Source: Podarcis cretensis (Eukaryota). Taken from it: a stretch of 64,000 nt of DNA. The notes below the pieces were generated by a model. It made no database searches and was not told where the DNA came from. It was given only the letters and a program-made list of their open reading frames with translations. Location of the stretch: positions 33,046,001 to 33,110,000 of the forward strand of contig OX638149.1 in assembly GCA_951804945.1 (NCBI GenBank), given 5' to 3'. Numbering within the stretch: position 1 is the stretch's first letter; each line of letters begins with the position of its first letter. The translations under genes were made by a program, and so were the position numbers. Shown here piece after piece: positions 1 to 12,700 of this stretch.

Positions 1-66
1 CTACTCCAATGTCATCAACTATGACATGCACAAGCTAGCTTTTGTTTGCTTTACACTTCTTAAGTA

Positions 67-592
67 CCGTATTTTTCGTCCGATAGGACGCACCTAGTTT
101 TTTGGGGGGGAAATCCCCCCCTTTATTTCCCCCCCAAAACCCGGTCGGGGAAACTGAACCAGGTCAAGGAACAGCGGGATGGCGGCGCTGCGCCTCCCTG
201 CTGTCTCCCGAGCTTGTGGGGCTGGCCGATGTCTGCCCGGCGTGCGGGGCGCTCTGCTTCAGCGCGCCCTGCCCGCAGGGCGGCAGGCTGCTATCCGCAG
301 CAAGGGGAGCCCTGCGGGGAACTCCTGCAGGGCTACCCACACTGCGGATGTCTGCCCGGCGCGAGGGGTGCTCTGCTTCAGGGCGCCCTTCGCGCCGGGC
401 GGCAGGCTGCTATCCGCAGTCTAGACAGCCCTGCGGGAACTCCCGCAGGGCTGCCTAGGCTGCTGATGTCTTCCTGAAGCCTGGAGAGCGAGAGGGGTCG
501 GTGCGAACCTGCATTCGCCCCATAGGATGCACCCAGATTTCCCCTTCATTTTTGGAGGGGGAAAAGTGCGTCCTATAGGGCGAAAAATACGG
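67..592. mobile_element. Non-autonomous Tc1/mariner-superfamily (Tc2/pogo-like) MITE in COQ6 intron 11
   Basis: About 27-bp terminal inverted repeats (CCGTATTTTTCGTCCGATAGGACGCAC at 67; GTGCGTCCTATAGGGCGAAAAATACGG ending 592), flanked by TA at 65-66 and 593-594. GC-rich interior with a ~118-bp tandem duplication. No transposase. Confidence 0.85.
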
Positions 593-1499
593 TACATAAT
601 AAACGAACAGTGCAATCCTATAAATATCTACTCAGCTCTGCAGATACCTTCCCAGCTGAAAATGAAAGGCTACACCAGAAACCTTTAGGGTAATCTCTTA
701 TAAGCACCAAATGGCAATGCTTCTTACTTAACCAGTTCACACCTCCCTTCAGGATATGAAAGACTGCCACAGATGCTGCACTGTGGGTCTGCGTGGATAG
801 TGTCAGCTTGTGGCGTTTGTGTTGCTCGAGACACGCTAGTACTGTTCACCAAGCACACTTAATGGGGGAACTAGCATGGTTGGACCAAAGACAGCAATTA
901 TGATACCTTTTCTAAGCTGTCCTAGTAGGAAATAAGATGATCCCATTTCCTGCATTTGTGTGTTACCTTACCACCTGGCATAGGAAAGAATAAATTGGGC
1001 CAAACCTAATTACCGAAGTGCAAACTACAGGCTATTGGTTTGGTTTTAATTCAAATATCACTGTACCGTAAATGTTTCCCATAGGTCCGTGCCATTTTGG
1101 ACACATCCCATTGCACTTGGCAATTACAGCGTGTTCATACATTCGTCTCTACAAATACCTGGTGGAACTCAAGGTGAGAGCTGGGGAATTGGATAGTTCC
1201 TATAAAGAAGGAACCATTCCTCCCTCTTGAACCATAAGAAGAACAAATTGTTTAATTCCAGAAATTCCTCTGAATTGGTACCCACCTTGGGTCTACCAAA
1301 TGGAGAAAGGCAAGATATAAATAATAATCAAATATTTAGGCTCTAGATTTAGTGCCCTAGTCTAAATGCTGGTGACTACGCAACCTTGCCATAGGAAGGA
1401 GACACATACTTAGGGAAGCTACACCCTGTTGCAACACTCTTATTTGGGATTAAGCAAATTTCTTAATTTAATAAGCAACTTCAAAAAAAAAAAGCTTAC

Positions 1500-4400
1500 T
1501 TTAATTGGAGGAACAGCATTAGTTGCTTGCAATCCCCATGTCCTTAGCAGTACAAAAGGAGCTATATTTGTAGAGTACAGCCTCTTTAATAAGTCTGTCG
1601 TAGCCAAGAGAGATAGGTTGTGCTTTTGCCGCTCTCTTTCATACTGTAGTAGATGCTTTAAAGAGCCTAGAACAGAAAGATTATTCCAGAGTAAATTACC
1701 TGGTGATTCAGCTGCACCACAGGTACCTATGAGCTAGATTCCATCTACAAAGTTATCAGGGCTGACTCATAGTATGTTAAGAAGTTCATCCTGGGCAAGG
1801 ATTTTTTTTGTCATATTGTGTCATATGTTGAATGGGCAGCAGCACAACAGTGGTACTATTGCATCCCAGATGGTGAATTATGTTGCCTCTATAGTCAGGC
1901 ATTCTGGAATTCCATGTAAATCACAGCAGGAAAACAGTAATATATTCATGACCCAAATAATACATAAGAGCGTGTTAACACCCTGGATTTCTACTAGCAC
2001 ATCTTGAATTAGCATTTTCTAAAACAACTTTTTGTAAATGAGAATAGGTGGCATGTTGCAGCTTTGTCCTTTCCTTATTAACTCCAATCTGGTGGCATCA
2101 GTTTCTTATTTTCAGAGAAATGCTTCTCCTAGTCTATAGGAGAACAAAATGTGGGGCACAAAATGTTCCTGCCACAAATACCCCAAAATGGGTAGTGTTA
2201 TTCCTAAAGCTAGTAGCCAGAACTTTAAACACATCGTACATCAAGAAGTTGAATGGCAGAGACCCTAGAAGTGACATTTCGTATTACAGGTAACTCGCAA
2301 CTTAGGCACATTTAACCTGTGTGCCTTCAGCTTTACCTGCATGGCAAAAAAATTAAAAGGGGGAGCGGGCATCCGGGAAAATAAACTTTGGCAATCCCAC
2401 CCACCACTGCACCCAGTGTGTTTTGACTATCCCTGGAACGTAACCCCCGCTTAAGCTAAAAGTCGCCTGTGCTATCAATTCCTTCACAGTTTTAAATTCT
2501 TACCCAGGTCCTTCCCATTAAATGCTGCAGCGCTGAGAAGTTGCCTCAAGCAGGCTATGTCACCAAAGCCCATATTTACACCCTGACCTGCAAGAGGATG
2601 TACTCTGTGAGCTGCATCCCTAAAAGGAAAGGATAATGTCAGCTTATGCCAGTTACAAAGTCTGGTACTCCACAAGAACCCTGCCAATTAGTATTGCCTG
2701 AGTTTCACTATATGGGACTCAAAAGCTCTTTTTTGTCCCTCACTAGAACCTTAAATGAACACCCCACTTGATACCTGCTGACTTCTCCCTCAATTTGTAT
2801 TCATCCCTGTTAACATTCTAGTGTCTAGGGACAAGGGTTAAACTAGCTAGACTTGTGTTTTCTCCAGACACAATCCACCAATCCCTCCAAAATTAATGTT
2901 ATACTCTCAAGATTCTCAACCTCTGGCACTAAAAACAGCATACTCCCATCAGTTAAGAACTCCTCTTCCCAGACCAAATCTACCCTTATCGCAGCATTTA
3001 AAGTTCCTCAATGTGCAATTACCCAATAAGGGCCACACGGTGTTGGACATATTCTGTTGCATGCCCCAGTCCAAGAGGGAACACAGCTCGGCTCTTTGGA
3101 TCCACTTTTGCAACGCTTGGGGGCAGCTGACGGGCTGCAGTCCCCGATGGCATCAAGAGAGAGACAGCAGATCGGAACATGGATCCAGCAGTATCAATGA
3201 AGTCAGAGTGATTTGCGTTGCTCCACTGAATAACGATAGATTTATTTATACAACACCCTAATATTACCAATAGATTACAAGAGTATGAGAGTCAGAACTA
3301 AAGCTCTACTAAGTTTTAAGAAATCATTATCTTAGAATAAAACAGTTTCTCTCCTAATCATCTGCCCGCAAAATATCTTGCATACAGGACTCGCAAGAAA
3401 CCTATGGTGGGGTCCACAACCACCAGGGCCACGGTTTTTGCAAATCAACTCCACGGGTTTCGTGCGCGAAATAAAAGCAAGACAACACAGAATTTGCATT
3501 TCAGATGGGAGGAGCATTCCACTATCTATCTAACCTACAAAGAGGGAGATGGTGGCATGAGAAGGTATTCCAGCAAAGGATACCCTCGTGTAGGCCATAG
3601 CTTCTCATATTACCACTCTGCTATGGTAGCTTCTATATTGCCAATGTAATACAGTACAAGATTACCAATGCACAATATTTCAGAGCTAAAGTATAAAATA
3701 TGTAAACAATCACCACATATGGTGCAATATAAAGATTGACATCTGTATTACTGAAGACTGTGACAGAGTTTCAAAAACCAGTTCAGCACTTCACTTTCAA
3801 TTTCAGTAGCCAAAAACATGAACTTTTGTATGGGATATATTTAAAGGAGAATTAATTTAGTTACTATTTTCAATGTCCCCTCACACTGTATAAATGACTA
3901 AATTTGGCAGTGTGCCAAAAGATGTGAGCTGAACCGTTACACAAAATAAATATTGTTTTCACAAGGTCTGGTTCTTAAGGGGAAAAAATCAACTACTTGC
4001 TCACAGAAAGAGAGAAAGAAAGAAAGAAAGATCTGTTCCATCTCCAACTGATGCTAGAAATATATTCCCTCTACACAGGAATTACCATAAACACACAACT
4101 TATTAGAAATAAAGGGTGACATTCAAATACTCAGAACACACCCACTAAAATTAATGAACATAACTAAATTAAGTCGATTTCCATTGGTCTACTCTAAGCA
4201 AAACTTAATTGAATACCACCCAAACTTTTTTTTTTGAATACCATCCTAACTTCTTGATTCTCATGCCTCTTGCTAGGAGAACATAAATAAAAAGAGGAAG
4301 GTACTCACAAAAGCAGAATTGATAGAATCCACAAAACTTTCCTCATCCATTCTCTGAAGTTGGGATGCATGCTCATGTGACGTGGACCAAACCAAAGAGC

Positions 4401-7400
4401 TGACAGTGTCAGAGAGCTGACCCAGCATCAGGAATTAAAAACACAAAATATCCAACCATTACATCTCTAAAAAATAACTTCCCCCACCCTAAACAAGTGC
4501 AAGGAGTTCATAACTTTAAGAGGAGGATTAATGAAGATAAAACAACATACAGTAACTGATTTTTTTAATATCAAACTAGCGCTTAAACAAAGAAAGGCAA
4601 AAGACAAATATAAAAAACAGGCAAGTCAAGTGTTACTAAGTTATTTACCGGGAGGAGAGCAATTGGTCCTGATGGAAGGAATCTCTGCCATGCTACGTTG
4701 TTATCTGTTGCCTGTGGCACATGAAAACCAGAAGACAGATTCATATTATCAAGTTTCCATCACCTGTTTTGACAGTTCAGAAGATACAGCCCAAATGACC
4801 AATTTTCTAGGATCTGACCTCAGATAAGTGAAGGGTAGCAACTACAGCTGACTGTCCATATTGATACTGAATATTTTGAATACCAGCTGCCTTCCGGACT
4901 ATAGAGTTCTGCCCATCTGCACCAATCTGTGGACAAGAGAGATTAAAAGAACCCATTAACAGTTTTAATAAAAATTAATTCCTTCAAGTCTCATTATGAA
5001 TAATCAGCCAGTAACTAGTTATAGAAACCCAAATATTCCCTCTGCATTTCAATATATAGCTTATTTATGTATAAAAATGGCTTTTCCCTATACCCAGAAT
5101 GCCATCATGTTTAATTACTTCCTAGTAAGACTGTTTAGAACCACAATGTTAATCCAAGTATAACCACACTGAACATGTTTTACTACTAACCATTATAACC
5201 CTTCGTGCTGATTAAGTAGCACCACACAAGATTACAACCAAATCCAACAGAAGAACCTAGGAAGAGATAGTGCCTGACCAAACAGAAGATGAAGGCTTAC
5301 TTACCAACAGTTTGGTCTGTAGCCTGTGTCCATTTGCTAAATCAATTTGGATCCAAGGGCTTGAGTCAGAGGTTTCATAAGGAAGGGGCAAGGAGTAGCC
5401 AACTGCTCGGCTCCTGTAAAGAACTTCAACGCGGTCTGATGGGGGCACAATATATTGATGTCACCAAATGAGTGAAGCAAAGAAGCAAAAAAATCCTAAA
5501 CTACTCAGGCAGAACAGCTCACTAAGTTGCCGAATTCCTATCTTGAAGTACTTTTTTGGCTGTTGGTTAGGCACCTCCCAATTTCTAAGCCAGGGGCAGA
5601 GACACTGTACCATATTGAAAAGGACCCAATTTCAAGAAAGCATAATCATTATTTATTTAATTTCTATACTTCTAAAATTGATTGCTATAACCCCAAGTTA
5701 TATGATGGACATAAATGTATCCCATTCTCACATGCCTCCACTCAACCCAAATCACAGAGAGTTTCATGTAAACCAAGATTGGAGAAAGTAGCTGCTACCT
5801 GAAACTGCATCCAGTTGTTTGGTTAGAGCAGACATGATAACATCATTCTCCACTATATAACCCATGTCTTCCAAGTTATCTTTATCAAAGATTATCATAG
5901 CCTCAGAACAAGCATCCCACACCTGCAGAGAAGAGGAACAGTATTAACAACAGCAAAGAGGATACAAGACCCAAGAACAGACATTTTCTCCTTTATTGTG
6001 ATGTACAAAGTGCAAGGTAACCTCTGATAAATGGAGAATCCAGACATACAATGACATTAGTATGAAAAAGAAAGGAAATACAAAAATGATAAACTTCTTC
6101 TCCAAGTGGTCCACTACTTATTATTTATATGCCATTCTTAAGAACTCAAAGCACTTCACTTATATTTTTATTTAACAATATTTTTATACCGCTTGTGAAA
6201 CCTCTTAGAAGCGTACGAGAAACATTAAAATTATCAACAAATACAGTTAAAAACCAGAACATTCAAAAATAATAAAAATTAAGAGGAAAAGAGATTAAAA
6301 GATGTCAACATCTACATGTCTAGATAGGCTCACGTAAACAAAAATGTTTTAAGCAGGCACCAAAAACATTAAAGGCACCTGCCTGGTGTCAATAAGCAGA
6401 GAGTTCCAAAAGTAGATGCCCCAAAACATGAGTTCAGTTATATGTACACCTCCCACCTAATGGTTTCTGAGGACACTGAGCAAGTGGCAAGGCTATGGTA
6501 CACTTCCTGGAGGCTAAGTTCAGGTAATTAACACGTAACTAGTTAACCTTAATCAACTTAACATGCACATGGAAACAGCAGCAGAGGGTGCATGACTGAG
6601 TTATCCTCTTTTCACACTTTTGAGGCCTGTGCAAAGGGGGAACCCACCAGGAAATACTAATGTTCCTGTAGAGAGTTTAGTTTAGTTTACGCATCTCCCT
6701 GCAAAGAATATATATGAACCCTTTGCACAAGACCCCAGAAACAAAATAGAATGTCCTTGCTTGCAAGGACTTAAGAATTACATTACCACCCACAGACACA
6801 GTATATATATTGCAGTACCAGGCACCTGCATCCGCCGAAATGGCTTGATTCTCATACTGCAAATATGATCCCAAGCACCAAAACCTAGAAAAGAAAGAGA
6901 ACGTTAAAGGATTGTTCTGACACTCTGCAAACTTTTAATGGGGAACCCTCAGGACCAATTCAAATTCCCTCACTATTTCCATCTGGTTTCTTTCTACTCT
7001 CCCTTATTTGCTTGTGGTTTGACTGTGGCCCAACTGTCTAGTTGGGATGTGGAGGGTTGTAAGAAATAAAAGCAGTGAAGTCCCCAAGGATGGTGAAAGC
7101 AAACCTTGGAGTGGCAATGAGTAACCTGCATTCCTCCAAATGCTTAGTTGTCTGTATAAACTATTTTAGGGAGATAAATAAGAAAAAGCACCTGTCGTTT
7201 CACAGATGAGCAGATTTGCAGTTATGAAGAGGAAAGTTCTAAGATGTTTGTCAGAAGCTGACTAAAGGAATGGTGCACCAATTAATTATACTCGACAATT
7301 TCTAAGAAAATACCCCCAATGCACAGAGCCAAGCTATTATGAACAGAAACAGTGACGTAATCTGGACATGTCCCAATAAGCAACTAACTAGGAAATCATA

Positions 7401-9331
7401 ACACAAAGAAAATCCTGCTGAATCAGACCAAATGCTCATTTTGTCCAGAATTTTGTTCACAAAGTGGCCACAAGGACATGTGCAGAATAGTATCTTGTTT
7501 ATGTTTTTTCAGCAACTGGTATTCAGACTCGTATAGCCTGATATTGATGGGAATACATGACTAAGATAAAGGTAAAGGATCCCTGGACAGTTAGGTCCAG
7601 TCAAACAGATCTTGATAGCCTTAACTTCCATGAATTTGTCTAATTCCCTTTTAGAGTTGCCCAGCTTTTAAGCTGCCCTTTTAAAGCAGCTATCACTACA
7701 TACTGTAGTAAGAAACTCCAGAATTTCACATCAACAGACTATTTTATTAGATGCTAGCTACAACACTAGAGGATTACTGAGGCCAGAAATATGACAGGCT
7801 GGTAACTATTTTTGACCTCCAAACAAAGAGCTCACGTGTGAACCTGAAAATTAATTTCAACAAGTGACCATTATAGGTGCATTCTACTCTAGGTGACTCA
7901 AGCCAGTTCTACAATGTATGGGGTTTATTCTCACCATCTATCCCAAGCCAGTATCCTATGCGGCACACAAGCTTTTATACACTCACACCTGTAATTTTAT
8001 ATTCCAACATCAAAACCCCATGCATGCATAGCTGGCAACCAGATAATGGGCGAATGCTATACTTACTACTGAGAAGTGTGGCTGAACCAGGGGTGATAGC
8101 ACTGACTCTATTACTGTAAGGCTTGGGCAACTGGTTAGACACTTTCTTTGGACGGGCTTCAAGTAGCAGAATTTTCTTATCAGACAGATGAACATCATGC
8201 CCTTATTAAAAGAAAAAGCCAGATGTTTAATAACATTTTAACCAAGATTAATCAATAATTTAACGTTCTGCAACAGGAGTTTACAAGAGATCTATTTTAC
8301 ATCTTCCCCTGAACATGCAGAATTGTTTAGCACTCTTTAACTCCAAAAAGTGAAAGCTAACAGTTCTAGCTTTTCTCTTTAGAGCCTAAATAAACTGCGG
8401 ACTACAGTCCATTTCATCCAATACATGATGCGTTATCCCAAGTTTCTGATATCTAAACACATGGTTGCAGCACAGGGGGGAGGGGGTTGTAAGCAGTGAA
8501 GTCAAAATAAAATTAAATGCAGAAATATGTCAGTGTACAGGTGAATAAATATTCACAAAAACAACTCAAGGCAGCACTTGAAATGGACTCTGGTGAAATG
8601 GACACTAGTTCTTTCAATCAAAGTGTTAGTTTTCAGAGTGCCACAAAACTCCTTGTTGATTTTACTGAATAAGCTAACACTGTTAACAACAAACTCCACC
8701 TGATCAGAAGAATACAAGTTAATGCATTCTTCAATATTTGGACGCAGCCAGAATATTCCATGCACCAATAACCTTGGAATATTGTTACAGTTAAAGCCCT
8801 TTAGAGAGCTGTTCCTCCAGTCTATTCAGGTGCTGCCACTGGCATTACACTGAATGTTGGCGGAATACATGATTGGTATGAAACTCCTCAACACGACCGA
8901 CATGAGATTTCAGTCCATATCGCGAAGATTCACCGCTAAAATGCTGTATTTGAAGAAAACAGTAACAATGTATATACATCAGCACAGCTGTAAACACTGT
9001 AGCCCACAACGCATTTATTGCCTAAATTACGTCGGGAGGGCCAGTGCTTCGCTATATACCACCAACGAGCCGGAGGACAGGAACTTGCAGGGATTAAAAT
9101 TACGAATATGACCTGTGCAAGGAGGGTCTCTAGCCTGGTGATCTGCCTCCTACCCAGTGCAGCAGCCATGGCGGTCCCGACCATGCCGCCACCCGATACC
9201 ACCACGTCGTATACCGCCGTCGAGCCACTGGGTCTCACGAGGGAACGGGCAAGGCCGCTCCGGAGACAGAGGCCCTTCCCGAAAAGGGGCGCAACGCCCC
9301 GGCTCGGTGACAGACCCACCACGGCCGCCAT
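1500..9331 (-). CDS. COQ6: Ubiquinone biosynthesis monooxygenase COQ6, exons 1-11; final coding exon lies outside the window
   Basis: Exons (minus): 9331-9154, 8201-8067, 6884-6826, 5922-5799, 5435-5305, 4926-4819, 4711-4649, 4416-4309, 3225-3023, 2619-2504, 1666-1500. All introns GT-AG, phases consistent, 1392 nt = 464 codons. Motifs: Arg-rich mitochondrial-type presequence, [12 protein letters not shown] (FAD Rossmann), [33 protein letters not shown], matching vertebrate COQ6. Confidence 0.97.
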
Positions 9332-9750
9332 TTTGTGGGGGGAAGTGACGCTCACGTCACTCTCGCGCACCTTGCATTAACCTCAGCAGCACCTTGGCAA
9401 CCGAGAGCGGCCAACAGAACCGGACCAATGAGAGCCGAGAATTCTACCGGGTTGGGCGGGAGCTACGGAAAACAGACCGCGGTCATTGGCCAATGTGCGA
9501 GGAGCGACACAAAAAAGGAGGGTGCCTATTGGCTAAAGCTACAAGCGGGCACGGCGAGCTGGTAGCGGCGGAGCGCTGCGGGCGGCGCAGCAGGTGCGAG
9601 GGGGCGATGACAGTGTCGGAACCCCAGGGAGCCGCGGGCGGGGCCGAAGCGGTGCGCCCGAAGGAAGAGATTCGACGGGTATGCGGGGCGGTTGTAAGCG
9701 GTCTGTTACCATGGCAACAGGCGGTGGTTGTTTGTTGCCATGGCTGCTCC
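9332..9750. promoter_or_regulatory. Bidirectional CpG-island promoter shared by COQ6 and FAM161B, with CCAAT, CRE-like, YY1 and RFX X-box motifs
   Basis: 275 bp between divergent ATGs (9331 and 9607). CCAAT at 9425; ATTGGCCAAT at 9485-9494; ATTGG at 9528; GTGACGCTCACGTCAC at 9345-9360; YY1-like CAAAATGGCGGC over the COQ6 ATG; X-box GTTACCATGGCAAC at 9705-9718. Confidence 0.85.
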
Positions 9751-12700
9751 TCGGCGGCTTCACCTGTGCGGGAAATGGGGGTCGGGTATGATGGGGATGG
9801 AAGTGCGAGGGCATCCCTGGAGGAAACCGGCGGCAGAGGGGAGCGGGCCAGACCTGTAACAGCAACAGTCACCACAAATAGCAGATAACAATTTTTTTTA
9901 AAAAAAAACATATTATTATTTTACAAGGAATATCCTCTCTCGTGCAACGGCGGGATCCCATTGCATGTGAACCCAAAGTTCAAGGGGTCTTCTTTACTCC
10001 CAGGTTAACTGAGCACAGGCTTGTTGGGGGGGAAATGCTGGTTTAATTATTGTTATTATTATTATTATTATTATTATTTATTATTTGTACCCCGCCCATC
10101 TGGCTGGGTTTCCCCAGCCACTCTGGGCGGCTTCCAACAAAACCAAAAATACACTAAAATGTTACACATTAAAAACTTCCCTGAACAGGGCTGCCTTCAG
10201 ATGTCTTCTGAATGTCAGGTAGTTGTTTATCTCTTTGACATCTGACGAGAGGGCGTTCCACAGGGCAGGCGCCACTACCAAGAAGGCCCTCTGCCTGGTT
10301 CCCTGTAATTTGGCTTCTCGCAATGAGGGAACTGCCAGAAGGCCCTCAGTGCTGGACCTCAGCATCTGGGCAGAACGATGGGGGTGGAGACGCTCCTTCA
10401 GGTATACAAAGTGCAAAGTGGTATACAGTATTTTGAATGGAAATGCATTTTCAAAATAGTTTTTTCTTCTGTGTTTGAAACCTTTGTTTTGTTGTTCTGA
10501 TTTGCCTAGGTGTTTCCAATTAAAGCACAGTCTCCAGACTTGCAACTGGGTAGTAATATTTCTCTGCCCGATGGCGGTGAGCTGCTAGATTTCCTCCAGT
10601 CAGAGGAACAAATAGTAGGTGCCTCAAGTTCAGGAGAGGATTTTTACGACTCGCTTCAGGCCCTCAAAAGGAAAAACAGACAGTGTTTGTTAGAACTAGG
10701 TCTGATGTACCAGGTACAGTTGGAAAACCACCAGGAACCACCAGAGGAGAACAAGGAGCTGGAAGATTTTTTCCAGGAAAATGGAAGGTTGACCTTGCCA
10801 TCAAAGTTCCATGAAGCTTTGAGGTGAGATGCAAAAGAATCTAATGAAATCCATACCATGATTCTCCTACACAGGCATAAAGTTTTTACAGTAGTCTTGA
10901 ATGCTCCTGTTGGACAACAGATCTAATAAAATAATGAAACAGATCTTAGTGTATCATTACTCCTAAACTATCATTTATTCAAAGTTCTCAAATATAACCT
11001 TTCTTTTGATTTATTTGCCATTGATAACATTATTTTTTACCATATCCTCAGATCTGGCAACCTAAGAAGGTTCAGTTCATTGACTAACATCACTACTGAT
11101 AACCCAAAAGATGAGCAAAATCATCATTCGTTTCTTCAGTCCTTTTCAAGATCAAAGAGTGCTTCAGCTACATGGATCTCCCCTATCACTGTCCCTCAAC
11201 CCTTCAATATGACACTTCGAGAAGCTCACAGAAAATTGAAGTCCCATGCATTGTTTGAAATTGAATCAGCTGAGTACAAAAGACAAAACCTAGAAGAAGC
11301 TGAATGCCAGAAACAGTTCAGAGCACAACCTGTGCCTGCTCACATCTATCTGCCACTCTACCAAGAAATAATGGAAAAGAATGAAATTCGCAGACAAGTG
11401 GAAACACAAAAGAGAAGAGAACTACTCCTTTCAATGCAAAAACCCTTCAGTTTTCAGGAAAAAGAAGAAAAACGAAAGGAGGTCATCAGACAGAAGATGC
11501 TAGAAGTATTGACTCCAGTTGAGAAATCAGTGCCAAAAGTCAGGAAGAAGATCCCCAAGTCCACCTATGAACCAATGTTTGGGGATAAACTCAAAGGTAA
11601 AACAGCTTTTAATGCACTGTCAACAATACCTAATGGTGGTATGAAGGTATCTTCTTCATCTGCTATAGGAGACATTCCAGTTAGTAGATTCATTGTCTGT
11701 CATACCAGTACAAAAGAAATAAAAGAAAAAAGGCCTTTTATCCTGCCATATCACAAAACACATTTCTTATCTCAGAGTGAGTAGGACCAATCAGTGGAAT
11801 TAGTAAAAACAGGACTCAGGGAAGGTGATCAACAATCACATAAAAATTAGGAGAAAACTTCTCTGATGCTACAGATTTGCAATGGTTGATGAATTGGGCA
11901 TCCTCAGGGCCTTGGCCTCTGCCCCACCTCATAAACCTCTGGAACTGATTAGCCTGAGAAATGGTGATGGCTAGGAACTGTATCCTACTCTTTAAGGATG
12001 CCAACCTGTACTATCCCTTTGGGGAATTCTTATTAATAGTAAAATGTATCCAGAAATGAATTGCTCCTCTTGGCTTGTTCCTGAAGCAGGGCTATGCAAA
12101 TTTCATTGTTTTATTATTATTTATTAGGTGGTTTCAAGATGGCGCCGAGGTAAGACGCTCTTATCGGAGCTCAAAGAGATCTTTTAACTAAATGTTGCCG
12201 GCTCTCCTCCCTTTTGGATTCTATTTCCTTTCATTATTTCGCTGTGCGTTTGAACATTTTATCTTATCTTATCCTCCTCGGTGCCGGGACTTAATGAAGT
12301 TAAAGAAGTTTTAACGAAGGCTCTCAGACATTCCCTCTCGAGCACTAAGGCACTCCCTCCCAGTTACTCGTTACTTACCTCGCAGCAGTCCAGCTAGGAC
12401 CGAATGAGAATTGAACGAGATTGTGACCAGAGAACTTTAGCACTTTATCATTCTATTTAGAAGTCTGATCTCATTGATTTATTATTTATTAAATTTCTAT
12501 ACACTCCTTGATCTGAGGATCACTGGGCAGTTTACAATATAAAAACACAAAACCCAGTAACATACAAAAACTATGCCCCCCACTGTTTAAAAGGCCATGG
12601 ATTGTTTAATTAGCCAAAGGTCTGGGAGACTTCATGTTGATCATTTTCCTTTCTAGAATACACAAGTTTTTGAAAAAGAATAGAAAAAGAAATAGAAAAT

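Noticed and set aside
102-615. Several overlapping ORFs of 64-118 aa
   Set aside because: They arise from the GC-rich tandem interior of the MITE and have no transposase motifs.
1-1499. Last coding exon of COQ6 (EQIMAFASK-like)
   Set aside because: No matching sequence found on the minus strand. It presumably lies left of the window, so this is not evidence of truncation.
8140-8165. COQ6 LLLEARPKK where human has LLLEAGPKK
   Set aside because: The FAD-binding acidic residue is retained, and a single substitution cannot be interpreted without an alignment.
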